Assembly: GCA_012295275.1 (NCBI GenBank)
Contig: CM022679.1
Coordinates: 17,918,001 to 17,982,000, forward strand
Length of the DNA stretch: 64,000 nt
Reading direction: 5' to 3'
From: Chrysomallon squamiferum
Lineage: Eukaryota; Animalia; Mollusca
Part shown: positions 15,501 through 26,427 of the stretch, in pieces
How positions within the stretch are numbered: the first letter of the stretch is position 1
Layout of the letters: each line of letters starts with the position of its first letter
The notes under the pieces: model-generated
Database searches by the model: none
What the model was told of the DNA's origin: nothing
Seen by the model: only the letters and a program-made list of their open reading frames with translations
Program-made: the position numbers and the translations under genes

Positions 15501-17702
15501 AGAAGCAAAACTATATTTGTTGTCTGTATGACAGTGAGGCATAGGTTGGGCTAGTTGACACATTTCAGAAGAGCATGGCGACTTCTTCATTTGTTTCATG
15601 CACACTCACGGACCTTGTAAGTTATTTCACTGGCCAAACAAAGAAGATATTTGTTGGATTAGTGAAAGGGACATATTCTGTGTCATTGATACACCTGCTG
15701 TTGCATCTTCTCGACAGATGTTCTCTCTGAGTAAAAAGGATAATGCTAGAATTGCAAGATTATGGGGGAAGTGGGTTAGTGAATGATTCTGTGACTGCTG
15801 AACTGGTGAGAAGGCACTCAGTTAAGTAGTTTGATATCATATGATCATACACGTAGGCCTACAATGTCTGACTTGGTGATCAAGAGAGATGGTGATTCCT
15901 AGCATCCAGAATTGATCATTCAGATTTTACTTAATCAGATGTTAATGGCAGAAAAGGTGTTATTTTCATGGATGTGCATTTTTTAGATCTATATTGTGAC
16001 TAAAAAAAACCCATTACACTCAGGAAACTTTTATATGTTTTAGTTAACATATGGAAGATTAAATTTTAATAAAGGTCATCTCAAGGTAATATGATCCACA
16101 AGGTCAATTTCAAGGTCATAAGAAAAGTAAAAAGGTCAGTGTACCCCAACACTCTCCGATCTGAACAATAATGACAGATTTCAATCCTTGTCATATTGCC
16201 ATTTCAACAATACCAATTTTATGACAATTGGCCCAGTAGTTCCTGAGATAGGAGGGTTCAAAGGTTGGTGGCCAAGCCCAATTTTGCCAAAAATATCAAA
16301 ATCTGGTGGGCCATATCTCCCACACCAAAGGTCTGATTGGGCTAATATTTCAGATTTGGTGCTCTGGGATCCCAAATGAAAATTTGAGACGGTCGGGTTT
16401 AATTTTTTTGGGGGTGGGGGTGATTTGTCACGGAATGACCCATTATTACTACAACTGCCAGTAATAATAGGAGCTGAGTGGGAGATATAATAGTAATAGC
16501 AGTACTAGAAATAACTACTAGTACCAAATGTTGTAGAATCACTGATAATAGTGTCAGTAGAAGAAGATAGAGTACTGGTATAAATAGTTAGGAACAAAAG
16601 GTAGTAGGAATTGACAGAGTAATAGAAGAATTAGTAGTAGAAACTTCCGATTGCCATGTGCTCAATGGGGATTTCAACAGAGGATTTCAAGGAGTTCCCG
16701 ACATGCCTGAAGCCGCACTTCCTGTTAACCCTATGGACCTGAGTGTGCAGAACATGTCATTTAGCATCTTTTCATGTCCTTCAGGCATTCCTTCGGACAT
16801 GTCAGGTGGATTTTGACTCCAAAGATGAGTTTTTGGTATCAAAGAAGTCTATACATGTTCTATACATGTAGAAAAAGTACACTGTAATGCATTGTATCAA
16901 TCATCCATGCAGGTATGCGTTTTTTAAATCCATATATGTAGATGATTAAATTTCAAGAAAGGTCAAATGATGGTCATCTGATGGTCATGTGATCTATAAG
17001 GTCAATTTTGAGGTCATAATAAAGGTCAAAAGATCAGTGTATCCCAACATTCTCCAATCTGAACAATAATGACAGATTTGAATCCTTGTCATATTGCTTT
17101 TTTGACAATACCAATTTTATGACGATTGGCCCGGTAGTTCCTGAGATATGAAGGTTCAAAGGTTGGTGGTCACACCCATTTTGGCTGAAAATCTCAAAAT
17201 TCGGGTGGGGGAATATCTCCCACACCACTGGTCCGATTGGCCTAAAATTTCAGATTTGGTGCTGTGGTATCCCATTCAACAAGTGTATCAAGTTTCATAA
17301 AAATCTGATATGGTTGGGTTTAAAATATCTTTTGGGGGGGGGGATCCGACACAAAATGACCCATTTATATTTAGTAATAATAAAAAATAATAATAATAAA
17401 TAACAACCAAAATTTGGAATTGACATTTTCACAGACCTATAACATAATTAACTTTTAGACTACTAGGCAGTTACTATTCTGTTCTAGTAATAGATTATAT
17501 TTCTAAATTGTGACAGTAATATATATATATATAGATATATATATATATATATATTACCACTAGATAAATGACCCATCAACAACAGTGCAGATTGTTACTT
17601 ATACATACAAAACATATTTTGTAATAAAAAAATAAATGCAACTAAGTTATTTACAATTTTGTGGAAACCTGAGTTTAATTTAAGACAGAATGGGTCACAG
17701 TA

Positions 17703-17756
<54 letters not shown>

Positions 17757-20700
17757 GTAATTAACAGTTTATTGTTTAAACAATACACCATTAATGACAC
17801 AAATTACACTGCCTAATGACATTATCAAAAAAATTAAAAAAGGAAGAAAAGTATCTAACCACATACCAAGTAAATGTGTTACCCATTCATTTCGGCAAAT
17901 ATTTCTAACAGTATGTATTTTCTAAATATGTACCTTTAGTTAGCAGTATCCCAATTAATGAAATCACAGAGTTATTAGGCAGCTATGTTGGTAACTATAT
18001 TTTGCGTTATCTTTGTTTAAATCTGAAACATGGTTATCCTGTTTCTGCATGCTCTGTTTTATATGCTAATCAATTTGATATAAACTGTATAGAGAGTTTG
18101 ATTTATGTATATTTTTAATGTAAGCTATTAGGGAAACTTAAAGAAATAGGAATTATAGTATTTTATTTAATGCCGACTCCCATTTCCACAACCACTAATA
18201 AGTATACATATGTCCAATAAATAAATATTCTTGTAACATAAATATAGTATTTTATTTTGTGTTTATAGTGGATACTTGATACTACTTATAGTTTATACCA
18301 ATATTACATTCAAATATATGAACCTGTAATAATCAATCTTCAGTTTCTTAATTGCACAGTAGTGGGTCCATCAAAGATGCAATCCCAGAAAGGACATAAG
18401 CTATACTGTGATAGTCATTAGCACTGGAAAACTAACACCTCTTTTAGGCCCATGACACTGACTGACAGAGTAAAGAATTTTACCCAGTAAGACATCCTTG
18501 TGCACCAGTTATGTTATGGCTAAACTACACTGAACCTTTTTTTCTATTTATGGGTTCTCTTTAACTACTTTTCTCATTTAACTGTTTCAGAGATTTATAT
18601 ACAAACTACAGACCGGTCTAATAGCAACTCTATTCAATAATTATTGTAAAATAATTATTCTCTAAGTTTAGACTCAGATGCTTATAGTTTATAACACTTC
18701 TTCTGTTAATTACACCATCAACCATGTAATTATTTTCTGAAATATTGATACTGGTGCCATTCTGAGATGTGGCCACAAGCAATCATGATTTTAACAATTT
18801 CTAATTTCAATTTCTAATTTCTGGTTGCCATCATGTTCAATTCAGACATTATGAAAGTGCATCTCATGCTCTTAATTCATTAAAACTGTTTTAAATATGA
18901 TTTTAAGATTCCTTTCTATGCTGTAACATCATGGATCCACAATACTGATTTTTTTCCCACTAAACAGTAATATTTCACATTAGTATATGAAATAAAAATG
19001 AATATAATCCATAACAAGTGGGCATTATTATATGGTTTTCATCTTTATTAATAAACACATCTTTAATAAAGATTTAGTATAAAATGTACAAGTTAAACAG
19101 AATTTCCAATCCATTTGGGGGAGCATCACATTCGGATAATGCTTAAAAGGATACAGTTTTTAAAGAAAATTACAGAAATGTAAAATAATTCTTTAAATTT
19201 GAGTCAGTTGTAAAACTTGTATGAAGTCACTGAATCATCTTAAAAATATTTATATTTGTCAATTCCTTAAATTCAGACTAGATCTGAGATTTAAATGTAC
19301 TTACCATTTCGAAAGAGAACTTGTGTGCAGAAAAAATAACAAGGGCATGATAAATCTGTCGACAAGGTTTTTTCCTGTAAGATACAAGAAACAGTATGAA
19401 AATATATCAGAATTCAGAACTACATATTTGTAATTAACAACAAGTTTTGTAAATTATGCAATTAAATAGACTAATTTATTTTAGTAACATTTAAGTAATG
19501 GTTTAATTTTGATCATATTAGTGTATATATGTATATATGTACATGAATATGTATATCACTGTATGTATCAAAGGTAGAGCATTGCCTTTTTAGCAGTTTG
19601 TGATCAATTGTCCATCTGTGGGCCAAATTACGTTAGGTGGTTTCCACTTTTTAATTTTTTCACTTGTGAAGCATGTTTCATTTTATGCAATTAAAATGAT
19701 TAGTGTTACCGTTTTACTGCAAATATAAACTCCTTTCTTTAACACAACTCTTAATTAATGTTTTGTTTGATTATCAGTAACTGGAAACTAATGATATATT
19801 TGCTTAGGTAATGGCACCCACACAGAGCAGCTGCATGAATAGCCAGAATCAGCTGGAAACTGCTATTTTTCTTCAGCTCGAAACACATAATGCCATACAT
19901 ACACTATTGTTCAAAGGAGCATATAATGTATTACCACAATAAAAGCAACATTTCTTCTTTCCAATGCACAAATTGTTTTTGATTTGATGAAAATGTGTAG
20001 TGATAATTTTACACATACAGACAAATGTTTGTGGGGTTTTTTCCTACACAGTGTAACATTCTTTCCTATGGTGAGAAAATATACATGGTTTTATTTCTAC
20101 TATCTCATGATTTCCCCATTTACACAAGAAGACTAATAAATAGTCTCATTTGAAAGAGAATAGATTTCTCTTCAAAATGATGTTACAAAATACTTATATT
20201 TTAATGATTTCAAAGGAGCTAATATGTGATAATTGGGATACAGATTTTAATTAGTTTGAGTTTTATTTTAAATGTAGATTGTTTTAAACCTACATTTCAG
20301 TTTATTCTATTCAATATGTTTTCATATCTTTTCTTATGACCTAAAAAAAAAAAAAATTAAAATTAAAATTAAATAAATAAATAATGCTTAAGGAAAGCTT
20401 TTTGGTGAGGAGCTGATAAATAGGAAACTATGGAAAGTTGTCAGATGTCATCATCAAATAGTCTGATGTGGAAACTGGATGATCCTCAAGAACTGGATAT
20501 TGCCCTCGAGAAATACAAACAGAAATATACTTAGCTTTATAAGCTGTTGGAATAGGCTAATCATTCGAACTTCCCTCAACATAATATCATGAGTGTCTAT
20601 AAACAGTGTCTATATGTTAATTGCCAAAAATAAGGATTTTTATTAATGTCAAATTTTATAAATTTTTACTTAAGTATTATTATATAAACAATAACTGAAT

Positions 20701-22399
20701 GAGCCATTCTTTTCATCTTCTTTTTCTTTCTTTTCTTTTTCTTCTTTTTTTTTTTGTTTGTTTGTTTTTGTTTGGTTGTTGTTTTTTTGCCTTTTAGAAA
20801 TTTGGCTACAATTTAATCAAAAAAAAAAAAAAAAAAAAAAAAAGATATAGGGTCATTCCATATCAAATCACACCCCCCCCCAAAATACAATTTAAACCTG
20901 ACCATCCCACAGCACCAAATTTGAAATATTAGCCCAATCGGATCAGTGGTGTGGGAGATATGGCCCACCGAATTTTGAGATTTTTGGCAAAAATGGGCAT
21001 GACCACCAACCATAGAACCCTCATATCTCAGGAACTACTGGGCCAATCTTCATAAAATTGGTATTGTTGAAAAGGCAATATGACAAGGATTCCAAATGCG
21101 CCATGTTTGGACAATGTTGGAGTACACTGACCTTTTGACCTTTGCTATGACCTTGAAATTGACCGTGTGGATCACGTGACCTTGAAATGACCTTTACTGA
21201 ATTTTAATCTCCCACATGTTAACTAAAACATATAAAAATTTCCTGGGTGTAATATTTTTTGTTTAGCCACAATATAGATTTAAAAAATGCACATACATGA
21301 AAATAACACCTTTTCAGCCATAAAAATCTGATTAACTAAAACCTGAATGATCAATTCTGGATGCTAGGAATCATCATCTAGGAAAAGATGTTCAACCAAG
21401 CAATGTGGTTGGATTAGCAAATGTATGTGTGCGTGCACACACACAGACACACAATCGAGCTTCCAAAATTAAACTTTCAATCTTTCAAACACCTTTCTCT
21501 CTCACATCCATCACACTATCTACAACAGACAGCCATAGCAAGCATTACAGCTTTCTCCTAAAACACAGCTGCAAACAAATCAAGTTCATAGGCATAAGGT
21601 ATATTTATGTTTTACAAAATATTGCATATAAAACCCAAATAGAGTTCTAATTTTTGCCAGCAAAACCATCTTTTCAACCTCAAAAGACGACTATAATACA
21701 TAAATACTCAGAGGTGAAAACCATCAAAATGAAATGCTTTAACACCTACTGGAAGTCATGGATGGAAGTGGAAAAAGAAAAAGAAAAAGATAACTTTGAC
21801 TCACTGGACAGAACACAGCATGTATTTTTCTTTAGAGTGAGGACCAGGCACTGAATGTTCCTGTGGTACAGTTAACCAAATGCCTGAACACATTCTCAGT
21901 CCTGTCCATCATCTTGATCGGTTCACTCTGATGACTTTGATATAAAAAATATTTTTGCTGTACAAGTAGAAATGAGTTATGAATTTACAAAAATTTCAAC
22001 TTTTTATCTAGCCCAAATCAATGTATCTACCAACTTTGGCTTCACATAATCAATGTTAATATATTTTTAACAAATTAGACAAAATAATTGGAACACAAAA
22101 ATATGACATATTATAAAATAAGCTTTGTCAGACAATTTCATTTCAGAACAGGCCCAAGAAGATATCTTCAAAATCGCATTTATTTGCAAATTGCATCAAA
22201 AAATTAAATATTAAAAAAAGTATAACTTCGAAATCATTTTACAGAGACAACTTTGAACTTTTTATCAATGAAAAAAAGACAAAACGATCTACAATTAAAG
22301 TAATAAGCCTAATAGGAGCCATCCTTGTATTTTCCAGAATGAAGATAACTTCTGAGTACGTATTAAATCTATCTTCAAGTATTCACAGAGTACATGTAA

Positions 22400-22436
<37 letters not shown>

Positions 22437-22986
22437 ACAAAAATAAATTAAAAAAAAAAAAAAAAAAAAATAAAACATAAATAATAATAAATAAAATAAA
22501 ATAAAAATTAATCAAATATGAAATAGACCGGAATATGAAAACTGAAATAGCACGAGGTTCCTATACTGTATACAGTATTATGAGTATACAGTATAATATG
22601 AGTATTATATGTATTCTGAACTTCTATTTACTTTTGATTTCTTTTAAGTTAGTAGACTTCTGGCACGCACCTATAATCCAGAAGTTTGCAGGTTATAACT
22701 TAAATTATGTACACTAGGTAATTACTTAGGTTGGCTATAGGCTAGCCGTACACGGTACTGTGATTGTGTAAAGTGTACTGTGTTACTGTAGTGTACATGT
22801 ATAGACAAGTCGTTTCAACTCTTAAATAACAAATGCAATAACAGTTGTCTGTAAAATCTGAAATATTTCACAGAAGTAAAATGTATAGCTTACCTTAAGA
22901 ATTCCTGGAACTATCTCAGTTTTTTTCCTTATAAACTGTTTACAAAAACCTCGCCGAAGCAACAATGTAAATACACCTAACGCCAT
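2234..22986 (-). CDS. MCU: Mitochondrial calcium uniporter pore-forming subunit, 7 coding exons, 334 aa
   Basis: Exons (minus strand): 22986-22894 ([16 protein letters not shown]..., Arg/Lys-rich, presequence-like), 19374-19305, 9797-9627 ([30 protein letters not shown]), 9118-9014 ([30 protein letters not shown]), 3916-3756 (coiled coil ending LAPLEK), 3212-3009 (TM1, [18 protein letters not shown] filter, TM2), 2434-2234 (EYIFP...[11 protein letters not shown]...TAA). All splice phases are compatible; total 1005 nt. Exons 1-2 rest on phase and splice signals rather than sequence conservation. Confidence 0.96.
4182..4697. mobile_element. hAT-Charlie-like MITE in MCU intron 4
   Basis: TIRs CAGTGGTTCCCAACA versus reverse complement CAGTGATTCCCAGCA; degenerate 8-bp flanks GTTTTAAT / GTGTAAAC. 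Confidence 0.65.
7654..9010 (+). mobile_element. Old Tigger/pogo transposon remnant in MCU intron 4
   Basis: Frameshifted Tigger motifs [33 protein letters not shown] and [11 protein letters not shown]; eroded ends (TA-CACTGGACTCC on the left, GGTTTTACT on the right). Confidence 0.65.
12982..13855 (+). repeat. Duplicate of the MCU upstream region 23207-24098 (MITE plus both flanks) inside the Sola2-like element
   Basis: Colinear, same-orientation similarity over ~0.9 kb, including ~140 bp to the left and ~105 bp to the right of the shared MITE. Confidence 0.9.
14564..16441 (+). mobile_element. Sola2-like element (inner copy, 1878 bp, deleted) nested in inverted orientation
   Basis: GGGTCATTCC...GGAATGACCC with a perfect ATTA TSD. 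Plus-strand remnants [20 protein letters not shown] and [14 protein letters not shown], with stops and frameshifts; C-terminal [11 protein letters not shown]. Confidence 0.85.
17705..17752. repeat. (TA)n microsatellite; another at ~42592-42653
   Basis: Read directly. Confidence 0.95.
20850..21380 (-). mobile_element. Truncated end fragment of the same Sola2-like family in MCU intron 1
   Basis: Starts GGGTCATTCCATATCAAATCAC; colinear with 11554-12050 and with the reverse complement of 15890-16441. No second terminus found. Confidence 0.8.
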
Positions 22987-23123
22987 GTTTGTTTTATATT
23001 TCAACAAGACAAGTATCTGTGCTATTTTCCATAGGCCTACTTTTGATGTGATTAATAAACTATTAAAGTTTTCGTAATTTAATAAAATATTTTCCTGTTG
23101 TGATAAATAACTGGGTTTTTTTT

Positions 23124-23171
<48 letters not shown>

Positions 23172-23346
23172 TCACTTCATAATAAGAAACGGTTACTGGA
23201 TAGGACGGCTTACTCCCTGGTAGAATTCCCAGTTCGTCGAAAGGCTAAATGTGGTTCAGTGGTCTTATTGACATGCATATCTTTACCTCAGTTATTATAA
23301 TGAACTGTTCCAGATTATTTGGAAAACGATTATTATTGTATAAATA

Positions 23347-23989
23347 CAGTAATATCTCGCTTAATGATAACCCGCTTTAACGGTCTTTTTTCTTTACAAA
23401 TTATATAAATAGAAATAAATGATACAAATGTATACAATGCATGTTTTTAAGTCCGTTTTCGTTCGTTATTCGTTCATTCACACGCTTCTCTCAGCTGTGT
23501 TGATCAGTTGACACATCATACGTGCATCTGATATTCTGATTCTCTTTTCTCTTCTGCTTCGACTTAAACTCATTTATAAGTTACCCTTCCAATATGTCAA
23601 AACGAATAACAGTATACCCGCGAATGCGGATGATAAAAAGAAACGGAAGACAATAACTTTAGAAACAAAATGCGTTATCTTAAATGAAACCAAACGCACA
23701 AAAATGAACCCACAATGAGCGTCATATAATTATTTATTCATGTATTTGTATAAATTGATTTGTAAATGATTTACTGTTTACTTAATATCTATAATCTATT
23801 AAATCATTTATGTCTAAACTGCCGTTTTATTTCTTCTTATTTCACCCTTTTTGTGTCAAATTTCATCAGCCTGAAAGTAATCACTGCTTTTAACCTTAAT
23901 TCTAACTAAATTAGTGTCCCGCTTAATGATACCTCACTTAACTATCGGAAATTTGGAACCAATTACGTCTTTAATCTGAGGTATCATTG
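23347..23989. mobile_element. Tc1/mariner-pogo MITE in the MCU/CDS intergenic region
   Basis: TA-CAGTAATATCTCGCTT...GAGGTATCATTG-TA; the paralogous copy at 13125-13751 has TIRs CAGTAATACCT/AGGTATTACTG. Confidence 0.65.
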
Positions 23990-24275
23990 TAGTATGGATA
24001 TCGCTTATCGTATAAAGTATACAAATATAACAAATATCGAAATAAACATTGTATCGAATGTTGTGAATGTAAATAATTAAAAAAGAAGGTATTCATCTAA
24101 AAGTATTCCCAGTGATTTAGTCCTTCGTATAAACTTTTTCAGTCATAGCCAAAGTATTTGCAGGTCATAATATCTTTATAGTGTACATACTATTAATATA
24201 TATGTCACATGTATGTGCATAATGTGAACGTGTAGGTATGAAATCAGGCAAAAACAATTAATCGTCTAGCGGAGC

Positions 24276-24371
24276 CATGGCCGTAACTACATTGAGGCAA
24301 ATGCTTCATACCAAAATTGACGATAAAAAAAATAAATAATAATAATAATAATAATAATAAAATAAGTAAAA

Positions 24372-24402
<31 letters not shown>

Positions 24403-24751
24403 GTAAAATAAATAAATAAATAAATAATAATAAAAATCAGTTATTATTATTATTTTTGTACAAAGATTTTATTTATAAAATCGCTACTCCGATAGAAACA
24501 ATATCCAATGAATGAAGTCGTTTATGTCTAGGGTTACTGTTTGAAGTCTACCGACATTGTTGCGATGAAAGACATAACTGACTTCAAAGACATCATACAT
24601 CAAACAGATTTATCGAACACCTGATGATTAAAGGCATACAGCATCCTTTTCACACGTTTCAGTCAGACCCCTCACCCAAACTGTTTTGCCCCGCTCCGCT
24701 CGACTATTAAGTGTTTAAGCCTCATGTCAAAATGAGTCAATTACAGCCATG
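24276..24751. mobile_element. Possible hAT-type MITE in the bidirectional promoter region
   Basis: Termini CATGGCCGTAACT versus reverse complement CATGGCTGTAATT; no TSD preserved. Confidence 0.4.
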
Positions 24752-25064
24752 ACATAGAGAAAAATGTATAGTATAAATGCGAATAATTTCGGAATTTTAA
24801 TTATTTATTTAAATTTTTTACGAGGGAATGTAGGCGTGCTTCCTAGACGTGCTTCACAACAGCTTGCTCTGATTAGCACATTTTTTTTTTTTCATTTCAC
24901 TTCACAGGGAATGAAATTATTCTTGGTATCAGTGTTAACTTGTTAGGTCGTCTAATAAGTTACCACAATAGAATAGATTACATTACGGTATTAAACAGAC
25001 TAATTATCTATTATTATACCAGCCTCAACAAAGAAGAAGTTATTAAAAAAAATGTAAATAAAAA

Positions 25065-25065
<1 letters not shown>

Positions 25066-25117
<52 letters not shown>

Positions 25118-25175
25118 TAAGTTGTTGTACAACTATTCATCGACTTAATTTGAAGTCACCAAACAACACTGAAAT

Positions 25176-25226
<51 letters not shown>
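25066..25226. repeat. (AAT)n microsatellites; others at 23127-23170, 26393-26423 and 61119-61152
   Basis: Read directly; these explain the poly-Ile and poly-Leu spurious ORFs. Confidence 0.95.
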
Positions 25227-25230
<4 letters not shown>

Positions 25231-25266
25231 CATACATCTTTTTGTTGCAAATGAAATCTACCGAAC

Positions 25267-25276
25267 TCTCGCGAGA
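25267..25276. promoter_or_regulatory. TCTCGCGAGA palindrome (CGCG element / BANP motif) ~130 bp upstream of the CDS ATG
   Basis: Exact 10-bp palindrome, known as a housekeeping and bidirectional promoter motif. Confidence 0.6.
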
Positions 25277-25408
25277 TTTTCCGAGATTATCCGAACTATT
25301 TGTTAGAAGTGCGTCGCATGTTTTCGGTTTATAATTTATAAATAATTATCTGTTTACATATTTCGGTCAAAATAATTTCATTTCTGTTTAAAATTCCGCA
25401 CTGTTCTT

Positions 25409-26389
25409 ATGGCGGACATTAGACAGAGAACAGTTGGTAATTTAACAGATATAAAAGAAAAGGTAATTGCAAAATTCATTTTCCTCACGGCATTGCAGTA
25501 CTCTCGATAAACTGTATTATACATAATAGTAATACTCATAATACTGTGACTTCTGAGTGTGAATATATTATCATGATTACGGTTTATCATTTTATTGTTT
25601 TATATACAATGACCATGTCTTTTTCTTATACACGGAATGACGGATGAGATTCTAAAACAATGAATACATAACAAATTTATCTTTTGTGACAAAATTTTTA
25701 AAAATATTATTTTCCTAAAACAGTATACATCATTAGATGAAGCAAAAAATAAATATTAAAATGACACGAAGGTCTGTTTTGATAGCACTGATATGAAAAA
25801 GGTAGGAATTTTTATCAGAATATCATTTGAGGGTATTTTTCCATCAAACTGATTCGTTCCTGTCATTTTGCAACATAAACACACAATAATTTATATAGTT
25901 TAATCAAGTATACATGTATTATATATCAATATGCAGCTTTTGATAAATTCTAAAATTAGTATTTTAAAGCAAGTTACTAATACTCATGACTTTTAATTTT
26001 GATTAATTAATTGCAGGGGCCTTTCTTCTTTTTTTTTTTTTTTTTCTTTTTTTCAATTTATAAAAATAATAACAAAACAAATGCAAATGAGGGAACCTTA
26101 GGTAAGCAAAAACATGTTGCAACAATCAGCAGCGGTGCACTTACGGCTTCTGTCACATATTTACTTGTATAATCTAATATACAAATAAATACATGTGCAA
26201 ATTTAGCAGAATTATAATCATTAATTTAATTTCTTGACCTAAAACAGAATATTTTTTTTTAAAGAAAGAGTAAATGTGTCTTCATGAAATAACTGGTGAA
26301 CATCAAAGAAGCACCCACCTATTTTAGGAAAAGGGCTTAACTTTTAGATAATTTTTGTTTCTAAAATAAAATATATTATAATATAATTT

Positions 26390-26427
<38 letters not shown>

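Larger units (their letters stand above)
11554..17362 (-). mobile_element. Sola2-like DNA transposon (outer copy, degraded, carrying nested inserts) in MCU intron 2
   Basis: Termini GGGTCATTCC (11554) and AATGACCC (17362) with a 4-bp TSD ATTT on both sides and long TIRs. Minus-strand transposase remnants at ~12200-12900 ([19 protein letters not shown]; [12 protein letters not shown]). GRG termini, long TIRs and 4-bp TSD match Sola2. Confidence 0.8.
11309..17645. repeat. Older inverted-repeat (MITE/foldback) arms 11309-11468 and 17500-17645, split by the Sola2 insertion
   Basis: The reverse complement of the left arm (TAAATTGTGACAGTAA...CCACTAGATAAAT...CATCAACAA...AACATATTTTGTAATAA...GCAACTAA) matches the right arm. 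Confidence 0.7.
22987..25408. promoter_or_regulatory. Divergent (head-to-head) MCU/CDS intergenic promoter region
   Basis: The two start codons are 2.4 kb apart and point away from each other; CpG dinucleotides are visibly retained here compared with the gene bodies. Confidence 0.75.

Noticed and set aside
24940-25254. Poly-Ile ORFs (also 23100-23300 and the poly-Leu start of 22822-23175)
   Set aside because: They are translations of (AAT)n microsatellites; only 22894-22986 (MCU exon 1) is coding.
25761-25806. Possible extra or alternative CDS exon ending AAAAAG|GTAGGA
   Set aside because: No acceptor gives a stop-free, phase-compatible exon, and the 11-exon model already has normal length.
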